Position numbers and translations under genes: made by a program. Positions 30,164-40,194 of a DNA stretch of 64,000 nt are shown piece by piece. Origin of the DNA: Candidatus Eiseniibacteriota bacterium (GTDB lineage: Bacteria; Eisenbacteria; RBG-16-71-46; SZUA-252); NCBI GenBank assembly GCA_963740415.1, contig CAVUEC010000013.1, positions 335,878-399,877 on the forward strand. Direction: 5' to 3'. The stretch's first letter is position 1, and the number at the start of each line of letters is the position of its first letter. Under the pieces are notes generated by a model that was not told the DNA's origin, did not search any database, and was given only the letters and a program-made list of their open reading frames with translations.

Positions 30164-30544
30164 TTAAGGAATGACGACCAGCGTCGCGGTCATCGTGGGG
30201 TGAAAGCGACAGTGGTACGGGAACGAGCCTGCGGTACTCATCGTGATGGGCGCGCTCGTCACGCCCGCCGGGATGTCCACCGTCCATGCGCTCCCGTTAG
30301 CGGTCGATGAGTGCGTGATGGAGCGGTTGTTCTTCCACGAGACCGTTTGCCCCACCGTGACGGTGTCGGGGTCGGGGGAAAACGCGCCCGCTCCCATGTC
30401 GGCGACGATGTTGAGGGTCAGGTCGGCGCCACCGCCCCCTCCCGAGTTCATTGGATTCTTGTCGTCACTCCCACACCCATAGCTGAGCAGCACCCCGAGT
30501 CCCAAGCAAACGCCGAACAACACCCACCGATGCGGACTCCTCAT
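30164..30544 (-). CDS. blue-copper (cupredoxin, amicyanin/pseudoazurin-like) lipoprotein
   Basis: GGAGG RBS; signal peptide + Cys MRSPHRWVLFGVCLGLGVLLSYGC; type-1 Cu ligands ...H...YHCRFHPTMTATL (Cys-x2-His-x2-Met). Confidence 0.75.
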   Translation of the reverse strand: MRSPHRWVLFGVCLGLGVLLSYGCGSDDKNPMNSGGGGGADLTLNIVADMGAGAFSPDPDTVTVGQTVSWKNNRSITHSSTANGSAWTVDIPAGVTSAPITMSTAGSFPYHCRFHPTMTATLVVIP

Positions 30545-30786
30545 GGCAACCTCCAAGAGCGGACAAGGGACCGGCTTTTGACCTCCCGCCTCAGCCCGTC
30601 CCCTAGGCTCCTGACCCTATCCCCTAAGCATCGGCAGGATCATCGCACGTATGAACGGGCTAATCTATGTAACTACAGTCACTTATAATTGGGACTTGGC
30701 CCAGCCGCTAGGCTCTGCCGATGAATCCTCTAGACCCTGACGTATGCGTGAGGGTATGATCCGAACGAGGGCAGAGGTAACTCCCA

Positions 30787-31320
30787 ATGGAATCGACGAA
30801 TCCAAAGCCTCTCAAAGTCGGCGACCTGGCGCGCCGGACTGGAAAATCGGTCCGCGCGATCCGCCTCTATGAAGAGCTGGGCCTCCTGAATCCGAAGGCC
30901 CGCTCGCACGGCGGCTTTCGTCTTTATGACGAGGCCGGGGTCACGCGGATTCGGTGGATCGAGCTGCTGCAAGACAGCGGGTTCTCGCTCCACCAGATCC
31001 AGGACCTCCTCTCGGCCTGGCACGGCACGCGATACGGGCCGGACGCGATGGCGGTGGTTCGAGACATCTTTCAGAAGCGGCTCACGGAAACCCGTGATGC
31101 GATCCAGCGCTATCGCGCGCTGGAACGGGAGCTGGAAGGGTCCCTGGAGTATCTAAACACGTGCCAGCAGTGCCGGCCGCCGCGGACCACGTCCGACGAT
31201 TGCCCGCACTGCCCCGTGGATCACGGCATGAAGGGAGAGCCCGCGCTGGTCGCGGGCTTCCATACCGGCCCGCCTCCGGCGGGCTCGATACCGCTCCACG
31301 CGAGCGGGGAGGATTCATGA
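30787..31320 (+). CDS. MerR-family transcriptional regulator with a C-terminal Cys4/His cluster (CxxC-x9-CxHC); first gene of the suf operon
   Basis: HTH LKVGDLARRTGKSVRAIRLYEELGLL; dimerisation helix; C-terminal TCQQCRPPRTTSDDCPHCPVDH; stop overlaps the sufA ATG (ATGA). Confidence 0.8.
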   Translation: MESTNPKPLKVGDLARRTGKSVRAIRLYEELGLLNPKARSHGGFRLYDEAGVTRIRWIELLQDSGFSLHQIQDLLSAWHGTRYGPDAMAVVRDIFQKRLTETRDAIQRYRALERELEGSLEYLNTCQQCRPPRTTSDDCPHCPVDHGMKGEPALVAGFHTGPPPAGSIPLHASGEDS

Positions 31321-31691
31321 GCGAGCTTCAATCCCAGCCGGCGCCGGTGAACCCGGCGGCGTCGCGCACGATCGTCCTGACGCCTTCGGCGATCGAATGG
31401 GTGAAGCGGGTTCGCACCAAGGAAGGGCAGGAAGGGCAGGCGCTCCGTCTGGGAGTCAAGGCGGGCGGGTGCTCCGGCTACAGCTATTTCATGGGCTTCA
31501 CGACCGAGCAGCGCGCCAACGACCACGTGGTCCAGTACGACGGCCTGGCCGTCTACGTGGACCCGCGCTCGATGGAACTCCTCGACGGCACCACCGTCGA
31601 CTACGAACGGGGCCTGCTCGGAAGCGGAATCCAATTCAAGAATCCCCGCGTCAAGAAGTCGTGCGGCTGCGGGGAAAGCTTCAGTCTTTAG
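31317..31691 (+). CDS. sufA: Fe-S cluster insertion protein (A-type carrier, SufA/IscA/ErpA family)
   Basis: GCSGYSY ... CGCGESF conserved Cys motifs. Confidence 0.85.
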   Translation: MSELQSQPAPVNPAASRTIVLTPSAIEWVKRVRTKEGQEGQALRLGVKAGGCSGYSYFMGFTTEQRANDHVVQYDGLAVYVDPRSMELLDGTTVDYERGLLGSGIQFKNPRVKKSCGCGESFSL

Positions 31692-31704
31692 CGGAAAGGA
31701 CGAG

Positions 31705-32475
31705 ATGAGCACCAAACCGACGCTCGAGATCAAAGATCTGCACGTCGCCGTCGACGGGAAGGCGATTCTCAAGGGCCTCACGCTCGCGGTGCGGAAGGGC
31801 GAGATTCACGCGCTGATGGGACCCAACGGCTCGGGCAAGAGCACGTTGGCCAACGCGCTCATGGGAAATCCCAAGTACGAGATCACGAGCGGGCAGATTC
31901 TCCTGAACGGGGCGGACGTTCTGGAGCTGAGCGCGGACGAGCGCGCCCGGAAGGGGCTCTTCCTCGCGTTCCAGTATCCGATCGCGATCCCGGGGGTGAG
32001 CGTCGCGAATTTTCTCCGCATGGCGCTCAACGCGCGCCGCAAGGAGATGGGCGAGGAGAAACCGGTCCCGCCCAAGGAATTCCGCACGCTGATGAAGGAG
32101 AAGATGGCGCTCCTCAAGATGGACGACTCGTTCGCGGGCCGATACATCAACGACGGGTTCTCGGGCGGCGAGAAGAAGCGCGCCGAGATTCTCCAGATGG
32201 CGGTCCTTCGCCCGGAGATCGCGATCCTCGACGAGACCGACTCGGGTCTCGACATCGACGCGCTTCGGATCGTCTCCGAGGGCGTGAACGCGCTGTCCGG
32301 CCCGGAGCTGGGCGTGCTTCTGATCACGCACTACCAGCGGATTCTCAACTACATCAAGCCGCAATTCGTCCACGTGCTCGTGGACGGGCGGATCGTGAAG
32401 TCGGGCGGCCCGGAGCTGGCGCACGAGCTGGAGAAGCAGGGATACGACTGGATCCGCGAGGGGCAGGCGGCGTGA
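31705..32475 (+). CDS. sufC: Fe-S cluster assembly ATPase SufC
   Basis: Walker [11 protein letters not shown]; ABC signature FSGGEKKR; LDETDSGLD. Confidence 0.9.
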   Translation: MSTKPTLEIKDLHVAVDGKAILKGLTLAVRKGEIHALMGPNGSGKSTLANALMGNPKYEITSGQILLNGADVLELSADERARKGLFLAFQYPIAIPGVSVANFLRMALNARRKEMGEEKPVPPKEFRTLMKEKMALLKMDDSFAGRYINDGFSGGEKKRAEILQMAVLRPEIAILDETDSGLDIDALRIVSEGVNALSGPELGVLLITHYQRILNYIKPQFVHVLVDGRIVKSGGPELAHELEKQGYDWIREGQAA

Positions 32476-32503
32476 CGCGCCGCGATAGAAAAGGAGTGAA
32501 GCC

Positions 32504-33913
32504 ATGACGCAGCCGCAGGCGCTCGACATACGGGAAGGCTACAAGGAGAAGTTCGGTTTCCACGACGACATCAAGCCGATCTTCAAGTCGCGCAGGGGTC
32601 TCGACAGCGACGTCGTGGCTCAGATCTCGGAGATGAAGGGCGAGCCGGCCTGGATGCGCGACTTCCGCCTCAAGGCGTACAAGGAATTCGAGAAGAAGAA
32701 GCTGCCCCTCTGGGGCGGCAACGTGGCCGAGATCGACTTCCAGAACATCTTCTACTACCTGAAGCCGATGGACGAGCAGGGAAAGACCTGGGACGACGTG
32801 CCGGCCGACATCAAGCGGACCTTCGACAAGCTCGGCATTCCCGAGGCGGAGCAGAAGTTTCTGTCCGGCGTCGGCGCCCAGTACGATTCCGAGGTCGTCT
32901 ATCACAAGATCAAGGAGAGCCTCACGAATCAGGGCGTGATCTTCACGGACACCGACTCCGCGCTGCGCGAGCACCCGGAGCTATTCAAGGAGTACTTCGG
33001 CACACTCATTCCGCCGACCGACAACAAGTTCGCGGCGCTCAACACGGCCGTGTGGAGCGGCGGCTCGTTCATCTACGTGCCGAAGGGCGTCCACATCGAC
33101 ATGCCGCTTCAGGCCTACTTCCGCATCAACGCCCAGAACATGGGCCAGTTCGAGCGGACGCTCATCATCGTGGACGAGGGCGCGTGGGTCCATTACGTCG
33201 AAGGCTGCACCGCGCCGATCTACGCCAGCGATTCGCTTCATTCGGCGGTGGTCGAGATCATCGTCAAGAAGGGCGCCCGCTGCCGGTACACGACCATCCA
33301 GAACTGGTCGAACAACGTCTACAACCTGGTCACCAAGCGCGCCGCGGCCTACCGCGACGCGACGATGGAGTGGGTGGACGCCAATCTCGGCTCCAAGCTC
33401 ACGATGAAGTACCCGAGCGTGTATCTCATGGAGCCCGGCGCGCACGCCGAGATCCTCTCGATCGCGTTCGCCGGGAAGGGCCAGCACCAGGACGCCGGCG
33501 GCAAGGCGATCCACGCCGCGTCCAACACCACCTCGAGCATCGTCTCCAAGTCGATCAGCAAGGACGGCGGCCGCGCCGGCTACCGCGGTCTCATCAAGGT
33601 GGCCAAGGGCGCCAAGGACTGCAAGTCGACGGTGCGGTGCGACGCGTTGCTCCTGGACGAGCAGTCGCGGTCGGACACGTATCCGTACATGGAGATCGAA
33701 GAGGACAAGGTGACGATCGGTCACGAGGCCACGGTCTCCAAGATCGGCGACGAGCAGCTCTTCTATCTCATGAGCCGCGGAATTCCCGAGGCCGAGGCGG
33801 CCGCGATGATCGTGAGCGGATTCATCGAGCCGATCATCAAGGAGCTGCCGATGGAGTACGCGGTCGAGATGAACCGGCTGATCCAACTTCAGATGGAGGG
33901 ATCGGTCGGCTAG
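32504..33913 (+). CDS. sufB: Fe-S cluster assembly protein SufB
   Basis: 469 aa; characteristic SufB C-terminal beta-helix region (...[10 protein letters not shown]..., [16 protein letters not shown]). Confidence 0.9.
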   Translation: MTQPQALDIREGYKEKFGFHDDIKPIFKSRRGLDSDVVAQISEMKGEPAWMRDFRLKAYKEFEKKKLPLWGGNVAEIDFQNIFYYLKPMDEQGKTWDDVPADIKRTFDKLGIPEAEQKFLSGVGAQYDSEVVYHKIKESLTNQGVIFTDTDSALREHPELFKEYFGTLIPPTDNKFAALNTAVWSGGSFIYVPKGVHIDMPLQAYFRINAQNMGQFERTLIIVDEGAWVHYVEGCTAPIYASDSLHSAVVEIIVKKGARCRYTTIQNWSNNVYNLVTKRAAAYRDATMEWVDANLGSKLTMKYPSVYLMEPGAHAEILSIAFAGKGQHQDAGGKAIHAASNTTSSIVSKSISKDGGRAGYRGLIKVAKGAKDCKSTVRCDALLLDEQSRSDTYPYMEIEEDKVTIGHEATVSKIGDEQLFYLMSRGIPEAEAAAMIVSGFIEPIIKELPMEYAVEMNRLIQLQMEGSVG

Positions 33914-33954
33914 ACCGTCCATCCCTCGCTTCCATTACGAATCGGAGAACAGAC

Positions 33955-35318
33955 GTGAACCCAACCGAAACCTTGGCGCCCGACCAGGGCCTGGAGCCGC
34001 TCCGCATGGGCGCGCTGTCGAAAGACGCCGTCGCGCGGATTTCCTCGCTCACCGGCGAGCCCGAATTTCTTCAACGCCGCCGCGAGGCGGCATGGGCGTA
34101 TTGCGAGAAGACGCCCTTTCCCGACGCCGGCTCGAGGAGCTCTGGCGGCGGACCGACATCAGCGGGCTCAAGTGGGACGCGATCGCGGCGATCTCGCCGG
34201 CGCCGCCGGCGATCCGGTCGCTCGACGATCTTCCCGCGTCGCTTCGCGGGGAAATCGGCCCCGCCTCCGAGCGCTCGGCCCTCCTGATCCAAGTTGATTC
34301 CAGCATCATTTGGAGCGAGGTCGATCCCGAGCTGGCCAAGCTTGGGGTCACGGTGCTTCCGCTCGCGGAGGCGGCGCGTAGGGTCCCTTCCCTGGTGGAC
34401 CGATACCTCGGCGAGACGGTCCGATTCGATGAGAGCCGGTTCACGGGTCTGAACACTGCGCTCCTCGCGGGGGGCGCCTTCGTGCACGTCCCGGCGGGCG
34501 TATCGGTGCCTCGCCCCATCCGGATCCTGATTTCGCGTGAGCGGCCCGACAGCGCGACCTTCCCGCACGTCGTGGTGGCCCTGGAGAAGGGAAGCTCGGC
34601 CACGGTCATCGAGGATTACTTCTCGCCGGGCGAGTCCGGCGTCGGCGTGAACGTCGGCGTGAGCGAGATCATGGTGGGCGAGGACGCAAATCTCCACCTG
34701 GCCACGCTCCAGCGCTGGGGACCGACCGTCTACCACTTCGGCGTCGAGCGCGTGCGCATCGCGCGGGACGCGCGGTTCCACTGGACGTTCGCGGGGCTGG
34801 GCGGAAAGCTCACCAAGCTCGACATGGAAATGCACCTGGACGGCGAGGGAAGCGAGGGCAAGTTCTCGGGCTGCTACTTCGGGAACGAGACCCAGCACTT
34901 CGACTTCCACACGTTCCAGAATCACATCGTGGGACATTCGCTGAGCGACCTGCTCTTCAAGGGCGCTCTTCGCGGCCGCGCGCGCACCGTGTACCAGGGC
35001 CTCATCAAGGTCCACAAGAACGCCCAGCGTTCGGACGCCTACCAGGCGAACCGGAACCTGATTCTCTCCGACAAGGCGCGGGCCGACTCGATCCCGAGTC
35101 TCGAGATCGAGGCGAACGACGTCCGCTGCACCCACGGCGCGACGGTGGGCCAGGTGGACGACGAGCAGCTCTTCTACCTCATGGCCCGCGGGCTCAACCG
35201 GAACGAGGCCGAGCGGTTGATCATCGCCGGATTCTTCGAGCCGGTGCTGGAGCGCATCCCGGCCGAGTCCCTGCGCGCGCTGGTGACCGAGGCCGTCGAG
35301 CGGAAAGCGGCGGTCTAG
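33955..35318 (+). CDS. sufD: Fe-S cluster assembly protein SufD, one frame change near 34115
   Basis: GTG start; N-terminus ...AAWAYCEKTPFP then FPTRRLEELWRRTDISGL in the ORF 34092..35318 frame; SufB/D beta-helix. Confidence 0.8.
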
Positions 35319-35320
35319 CC

Positions 35321-36568
35321 GTGAAGGCCGTCGCCCCCGAGCGGCGCGTCGACTTCGCCGCGATCCGGAAGGAATTCCCGATCTTCGAGCGGAAGATCTC
35401 GGGGAAACCGCTCATCTATCTCGACTCCACCGCCACCACCCAGAAGCCGGAGGCGGTGCTCCAGAGCCTCGAGCGCTATTACCGAACGTACAACGCGAAC
35501 ATCCATCGCGGCGTCTACACGATCGCCGAAGAGGCGACCGCCGCCTACGAGGCGGCGCGCGGGAAGGTCGCCAAGTTCCTGAACGCGCGCTCCAACCAGG
35601 AGATCATCTTCACGCGCGGGACCACCGAGTCGGTGAACCTCGTCGCGTACTCGTGGGGCCGGGCCAACGTGAACGCCGGCGACGTCATCGTGCTCACCGA
35701 GATGGAGCATCACTCGAATCTTGTTCCATGGCAGATCCTCGCCAAGGAGCGCGGCGCCACGATCCGCTACATCCCCGTCGATCCCCAAGGACGCCTGGAT
35801 CTGAGCGGCCTGGACCGGCTTCTCTCGGGGCCCGTCAAGCTTCTCTCCATGGCCCACGTCTCGAACGTGCTCGGCACGATCAACCCGGTGGCGGAGGTGG
35901 CGCGCAAGGCCCACGCGGCCGGAGCGGTCGTGATGGTGGACGGCGCGCAGAGCGCGCCCCACATGCCGGTCGACGTGCGCGCGCTCGATTGCGACTTCCT
36001 CGCCCTCTCGGGGCACAAGATGCTCGCCCCGACGGGAATCGGCGCGCTCTACGGAAAGCGGGCGATCCTCGACGCGATGCCGCCCTTCTTCGGCGGCGGC
36101 GAGATGATCCGGGAAGTCCGCCTCGAGGGATCCACCTGGAACGACCTGCCCTTCAAGTTCGAGGCGGGCACCATGAACATCGCGGACACCATCGCGTTCG
36201 GCGCCGCGATCGACTACCTGAACGCGATCGGAATGGACGCGATCCACGCGCACGGCACGGAGCTGATCGAAGAGGCGGCGCGGGTGCTGGGAGCGATCCC
36301 CGGGGTCAAGATGTACGGCCCGCCGCCCTCCGAGCGCGGCGCGATCGTCTCGTTCACGGTCGACGACATTCACGCCCACGACGTGGCCGCGGTCCTGGAT
36401 TCGGAAGGAATCGCCGTCCGCGCGGGACACCACTGCGCGATGCCGCTCCACACCAAGCTCGGGCTCACCGCGACGGCGCGGGCGAGCTTCTACGTCTATA
36501 ACCTCCTCTCCGACGTCGAGCGGCTTGGAGAGGGCATTCGCAAGGCCAAGCAAGTCTTCCACCGATGA
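35321..36568 (+). CDS. sufS: cysteine desulfurase SufS (class V aminotransferase)
   Basis: PLP-Lys context ALSGHKM; active Cys RAGHHCAMPL; 415 aa. Confidence 0.9.
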   Translation: MKAVAPERRVDFAAIRKEFPIFERKISGKPLIYLDSTATTQKPEAVLQSLERYYRTYNANIHRGVYTIAEEATAAYEAARGKVAKFLNARSNQEIIFTRGTTESVNLVAYSWGRANVNAGDVIVLTEMEHHSNLVPWQILAKERGATIRYIPVDPQGRLDLSGLDRLLSGPVKLLSMAHVSNVLGTINPVAEVARKAHAAGAVVMVDGAQSAPHMPVDVRALDCDFLALSGHKMLAPTGIGALYGKRAILDAMPPFFGGGEMIREVRLEGSTWNDLPFKFEAGTMNIADTIAFGAAIDYLNAIGMDAIHAHGTELIEEAARVLGAIPGVKMYGPPPSERGAIVSFTVDDIHAHDVAAVLDSEGIAVRAGHHCAMPLHTKLGLTATARASFYVYNLLSDVERLGEGIRKAKQVFHR

Positions 36569-36969
36569 GCTTCGACGACCTCTACCGCCAGAACATCCTC
36601 GATCACTACCAGACCCCGCGCAATTTCGGCACGCTCGACCATCCCGAAATCAGCGCGGAGGACGCGAACCCGCTCTGCGGCGACAAGATCCGGATCGATC
36701 TGCGCGTCAAGGACGGCGTGATCGCGGACGTCAAATTCTCCGGCAAGGGTTGCGCCATCAGCCAGGCGGCGGCCTCCATGCTGACCGAGGAAATCCGGGG
36801 CAAGTCGCTGGAAGAGGTCAAGCGGATCGGCAAGGACGAGGTCTTGGAGATGCTCGGCATCGAGCTGGGGCCGGTGCGGCTCAAATGCGCCCTGCTTGCG
36901 CTGAAGACGCTGAAAGTGGGAGTCTATGGGATCCAGGGCTGGCCCCACGAGGACGGGGAGGGCGAGTGA
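36565..36969 (+). CDS. sufU: SufU/IscU-like sulfur-transfer scaffold protein
   Basis: NPLCGD ... GKGCAISQA conserved Cys motifs; ATGA overlap with sufS. Confidence 0.85.
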   Translation: MSFDDLYRQNILDHYQTPRNFGTLDHPEISAEDANPLCGDKIRIDLRVKDGVIADVKFSGKGCAISQAAASMLTEEIRGKSLEEVKRIGKDEVLEMLGIELGPVRLKCALLALKTLKVGVYGIQGWPHEDGEGE

Positions 36970-37292
36970 GCGGAGTGACGGCGCGGTTCGTCCGGGTGGG
37001 CCGGGTGGGAGACGTTCCCCAGGGCCGGGCCGAGGTCTTCGACGTGGAAGAGCGTAAGATCGCCGTCTATCGTCTTCCGGACGGATTCTTCGCCATCGAC
37101 GACATCTGCACGCACGACGGCGGACCGCTCGCCGACGGCGACGTGGATGGGGATCAGGTGATCTGCCCCAGGCACGGGGCGAGGTTCAGCATCAAGACCG
37201 GCGCCGCGCTCACCTTCCCGGCGGTCACGCCGGTGGAGAGCTATCCGGTGCGCGTCGAGGGCGAAGAGCTTCTCATCGGCATTCCCGAGTAG
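36964..37292 (+). CDS. Rieske [2Fe-2S] ferredoxin-like protein
   Basis: CTHDGGPL ... CPRHGARF (Cys-x-His ... Cys-x2-His); GTGA overlap with sufU. Confidence 0.75.
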
Positions 37293-37306
37293 CGAGAGGA
37301 ACGATC

Positions 37307-37594
37307 ATGGCAACCGACGCCGAAATTCGAACCGCCCTCGAAGAGGTCGTGGATCCGGAGATTCACCTCAGCATCATCGAGCTCGGTTTGGTGCGCGAGA
37401 TCGATCAATCGGTCGAGCCGCTCGTGGTCCGCATGCTTCTCACCACGCCGTTCTGTCCGTACGCTCCGCAGATCGTGGCGCAGGTCAAGGAAGCCGTGAC
37501 GCGCGTGACCGGAAAGCCGGCGGAGGTGGAGATCATGGCCGAGCAGTGGACGCCGGAGATGATGCCCGACCCCGGGCTTTTGGGGCGCTGGTAG
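37307..37594 (+). CDS. sufT: DUF59 / SufT-like Fe-S assembly factor (MIP18 family)
   Basis: ALEEVVDPEIHLSIIELGLVREI ... TTPFCPYA. Confidence 0.75.
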   Translation: MATDAEIRTALEEVVDPEIHLSIIELGLVREIDQSVEPLVVRMLLTTPFCPYAPQIVAQVKEAVTRVTGKPAEVEIMAEQWTPEMMPDPGLLGRW

Positions 37595-37603
37595 GAGGGT
37601 GAC

Positions 37604-37903
37604 ATGGCCAAGCTTACCGAGTCCGAGATCCGAGAGGCTGTTCAGGAACTTCCCGGTTGGGTGCACCAGGACGGCATGCTGAAGAAGACGTTCTCCCACG
37701 CCTCGTTTCCCGAGGCCGTCGTCTTCGTCAACGCCGTGGCCCATCTGGCGGAACTCGCCAATCATCATCCGGACATCGACGTTCGCTACTCCAACATCAC
37801 GCTCTCGCTCGTGACGCACGATCAGAAGGGAATCACCAACAAGGACGTCGCCTTGGCCAAGCAGGTGGAGGCGATCCGCAAGAAGGCCGGCGTCCCGGCC
37901 TGA
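37604..37903 (+). CDS. phhB: pterin-4a-carbinolamine dehydratase (PCD/DCoH)
   Basis: EAVVFVNAVAHLAELANHHPDIDVRYSNITLSLVTHD (signature [EH]HHP...TH). Confidence 0.8.
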   Translation: MAKLTESEIREAVQELPGWVHQDGMLKKTFSHASFPEAVVFVNAVAHLAELANHHPDIDVRYSNITLSLVTHDQKGITNKDVALAKQVEAIRKKAGVPA

Positions 37904-37911
37904 CCGATATC

Positions 37912-40194
37912 GTGTCGCAATCGATCGAGCCGCTCCTCAGGCCGCGCTCCATCGCCGTGATCGGCGCGTCGCGCCACCGCGACGCGATCGGCGGCGCCAT
38001 CCTCCATAACCTGCTCGAGATGGGCTTCCAGGGCCCGGTCTATCCGGTCAACCCCAGCGCGGACCACATTCAGTCGGTGGCGGCGTATCCCGACGTGGCC
38101 TCGATTCCCGGCCCCGTGGATCTCGCGATCGTCGTCGTGCCCGCGGCGAAGGTGCTGGAGGTGGCCGAGGCGTGCGGTGCCAAGGGCATCCGCGCGCTCG
38201 TCGTGATCTCCGCCGGATTCAAGGAGACGGGCCCCGAAGGGCAGAAGCGCGAGCAGGACCTCCGGGCCGTGGTCCTCCGGCACGGGATGCGGCTGGTGGG
38301 CCCCAACTGTCTCGGAATCTTGAACACGGACCCCGCGGTATCGATGAACGCGACCTTCTCGCCGGTCCAGGCGCCCCCCGGCCGGGTGGCGTTCTCGTCC
38401 CAGAGCGGGGCGCTGGGCCTCGCCATCCTGGACCACGCGAAGCAGCTCGATCTGGGCATTTCCCAATTCGTGAGCATTGGAAACAAGGCCGACGTCTCGG
38501 GAAACGATCTGATCGAGTTCTGGGAGCAGGATCCCGGCACCGATGTGATCCTGCTTTATCTGGAGTCCTTCGGAAATCCGGCCAAGTTCACGCAGATCGC
38601 CCGCCGCGTCGCGCGCAAGAAGCCGATCGTCGCGGTGAAGAGCGGACGCACGAAGAGCGGCGCGCGCGCCGCATCGTCGCACACGGGATCGCTCGCCGGC
38701 TCGGACGTCGCGGTGGACGCGCTCTTCCGGCAGAGCGGCGTGATCCGCACCGACACCATCGAAGAGCTGTTCGACACGGCCCTTCTGCTGGCCTATCAGC
38801 CCGTGCCCACCGGAAATCGCGTGGCGATTCTCACCAACGCGGGCGGCCCCGCGATCATGGCGGCGGACGCGTGCGAGTCGAATGGACTGTCGCTGCCGTC
38901 CCTGGAATCGAAAACCGTGAAGGCGCTGCGCGGATTCCTCGCCCCCGAGGCGAGCGTGAAGAACCCCGTCGACATGATCGCCTCGGCGGACGCGGCCTCC
39001 TACGAGCAGGCGCTCCGGCTCCTGCTCGCGGACAAGAACGTGGACGCGGTGATCGTGATCTTCGTGCCGCCTCTCGTGACCGGGGCGCAGGAGGTGGCGC
39101 GCTCGATTCTCGCCGCGGGCGCGGGTTCCAAGAAGCCGATCCTCTCCTGCTTCATGGGCTCTCACGGCGTGCCGGAGAGCCTGCGGTCGCTCAACGAGGG
39201 GCACATCCCGTCGTACGCGTTTCCCGAGGCGGCCGCGCGGACGCTGGCGCGCGCGGTGCACTACGGCGTCTGGCGCGGAACGCCCGCCGGCAAGGTTCCC
39301 ACGCTCTCGGGGATCAACGCGGCGAGGGGGCGGGCGGTGATCGATCGCGCGCTCTCGACGGCGCCGAGCGCAGGCGTAACCGCGGCCGGCGCACCCGTGG
39401 CCGGCGCCGCGGGCTCCGGAGAGGGATGGCTCCCGCCCGAGGAACTCGCCGAGCTGATGGCCGCCTACGGCATCCGGTCGGCGGGCGCGCGTTCCGCGGC
39501 CAACCGCGGCGAGGCGGCCGTGGTCGCGAAGAACGTCGGATTCCCGGTGGTCCTGAAGGTCAAGTCGCAGGACGTGATCCACAAGACGGACGTCGGCGGC
39601 GTGAAGCTCGGGATCAAGACGGAGGAGGAGGCGGCGCGCGCGTTCGACGAGATCCGCGCGAGCCTCGCGAAGGCGAAGCCGGGAGCGCGATTCGAGGGCG
39701 TCACCGTGGAACGCATGGTCGCGGGAGGAATCGAGACCATCGTCGGCATGACCCGCGATCCCATGTTCGGGCCGGTGGTGCTCTTCGGACTCGGCGGCGT
39801 CGCCGTGGAGCTCCTGCACGACGTCTCGGTCCGCGTGGCGCCGCTCACCGACCGCGACGCCGACGAAATGATCCGGAGCATCCGCGGCTTTCCGCTGCTC
39901 GATGGCTATCGCGGCGCGGCGCCGGCCAATATCAGCTCGCTTCTCGACGTGCTGCACCGGGTGTCCCGCCTGGCGATCGACATGCCGGAGATTCTCGAGC
40001 TGGACCTGAACCCGGTGCTCGCGTTCCCGGGGGACACGCCGTGCCTCGCGCTGGACGCGCGGGTCAAGGTGGGTCGCGTCCCGCCGGTCCCAGCGGTCGC
40101 GGGAGGGCCGGATTCGGCGGCGGGCGCCAAGACCGCGGATCCAAATTCCAAGTCGGCCCGCGTTCCGGCGGCTTCGGCCGCCACCCGCCGATGA
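37912..40194 (+). CDS. acetate--CoA ligase (ADP-forming), fused alpha/beta (CoA-binding + succinyl-CoA-synthetase-like + ATP-grasp domains)
   Basis: SIAVIGASRHRDAIGGAIL...YPVNP; VSQSGALGLAI; ATP-grasp segment ...VVLKVKSQDVIHKTDVGGVKLGI; no GNAT domain. Confidence 0.8.
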   Translation: MSQSIEPLLRPRSIAVIGASRHRDAIGGAILHNLLEMGFQGPVYPVNPSADHIQSVAAYPDVASIPGPVDLAIVVVPAAKVLEVAEACGAKGIRALVVISAGFKETGPEGQKREQDLRAVVLRHGMRLVGPNCLGILNTDPAVSMNATFSPVQAPPGRVAFSSQSGALGLAILDHAKQLDLGISQFVSIGNKADVSGNDLIEFWEQDPGTDVILLYLESFGNPAKFTQIARRVARKKPIVAVKSGRTKSGARAASSHTGSLAGSDVAVDALFRQSGVIRTDTIEELFDTALLLAYQPVPTGNRVAILTNAGGPAIMAADACESNGLSLPSLESKTVKALRGFLAPEASVKNPVDMIASADAASYEQALRLLLADKNVDAVIVIFVPPLVTGAQEVARSILAAGAGSKKPILSCFMGSHGVPESLRSLNEGHIPSYAFPEAAARTLARAVHYGVWRGTPAGKVPTLSGINAARGRAVIDRALSTAPSAGVTAAGAPVAGAAGSGEGWLPPEELAELMAAYGIRSAGARSAANRGEAAVVAKNVGFPVVLKVKSQDVIHKTDVGGVKLGIKTEEEAARAFDEIRASLAKAKPGARFEGVTVERMVAGGIETIVGMTRDPMFGPVVLFGLGGVAVELLHDVSVRVAPLTDRDADEMIRSIRGFPLLDGYRGAAPANISSLLDVLHRVSRLAIDMPEILELDLNPVLAFPGDTPCLALDARVKVGRVPPVPAVAGGPDSAAGAKTADPNSKSARVPAASAATRR

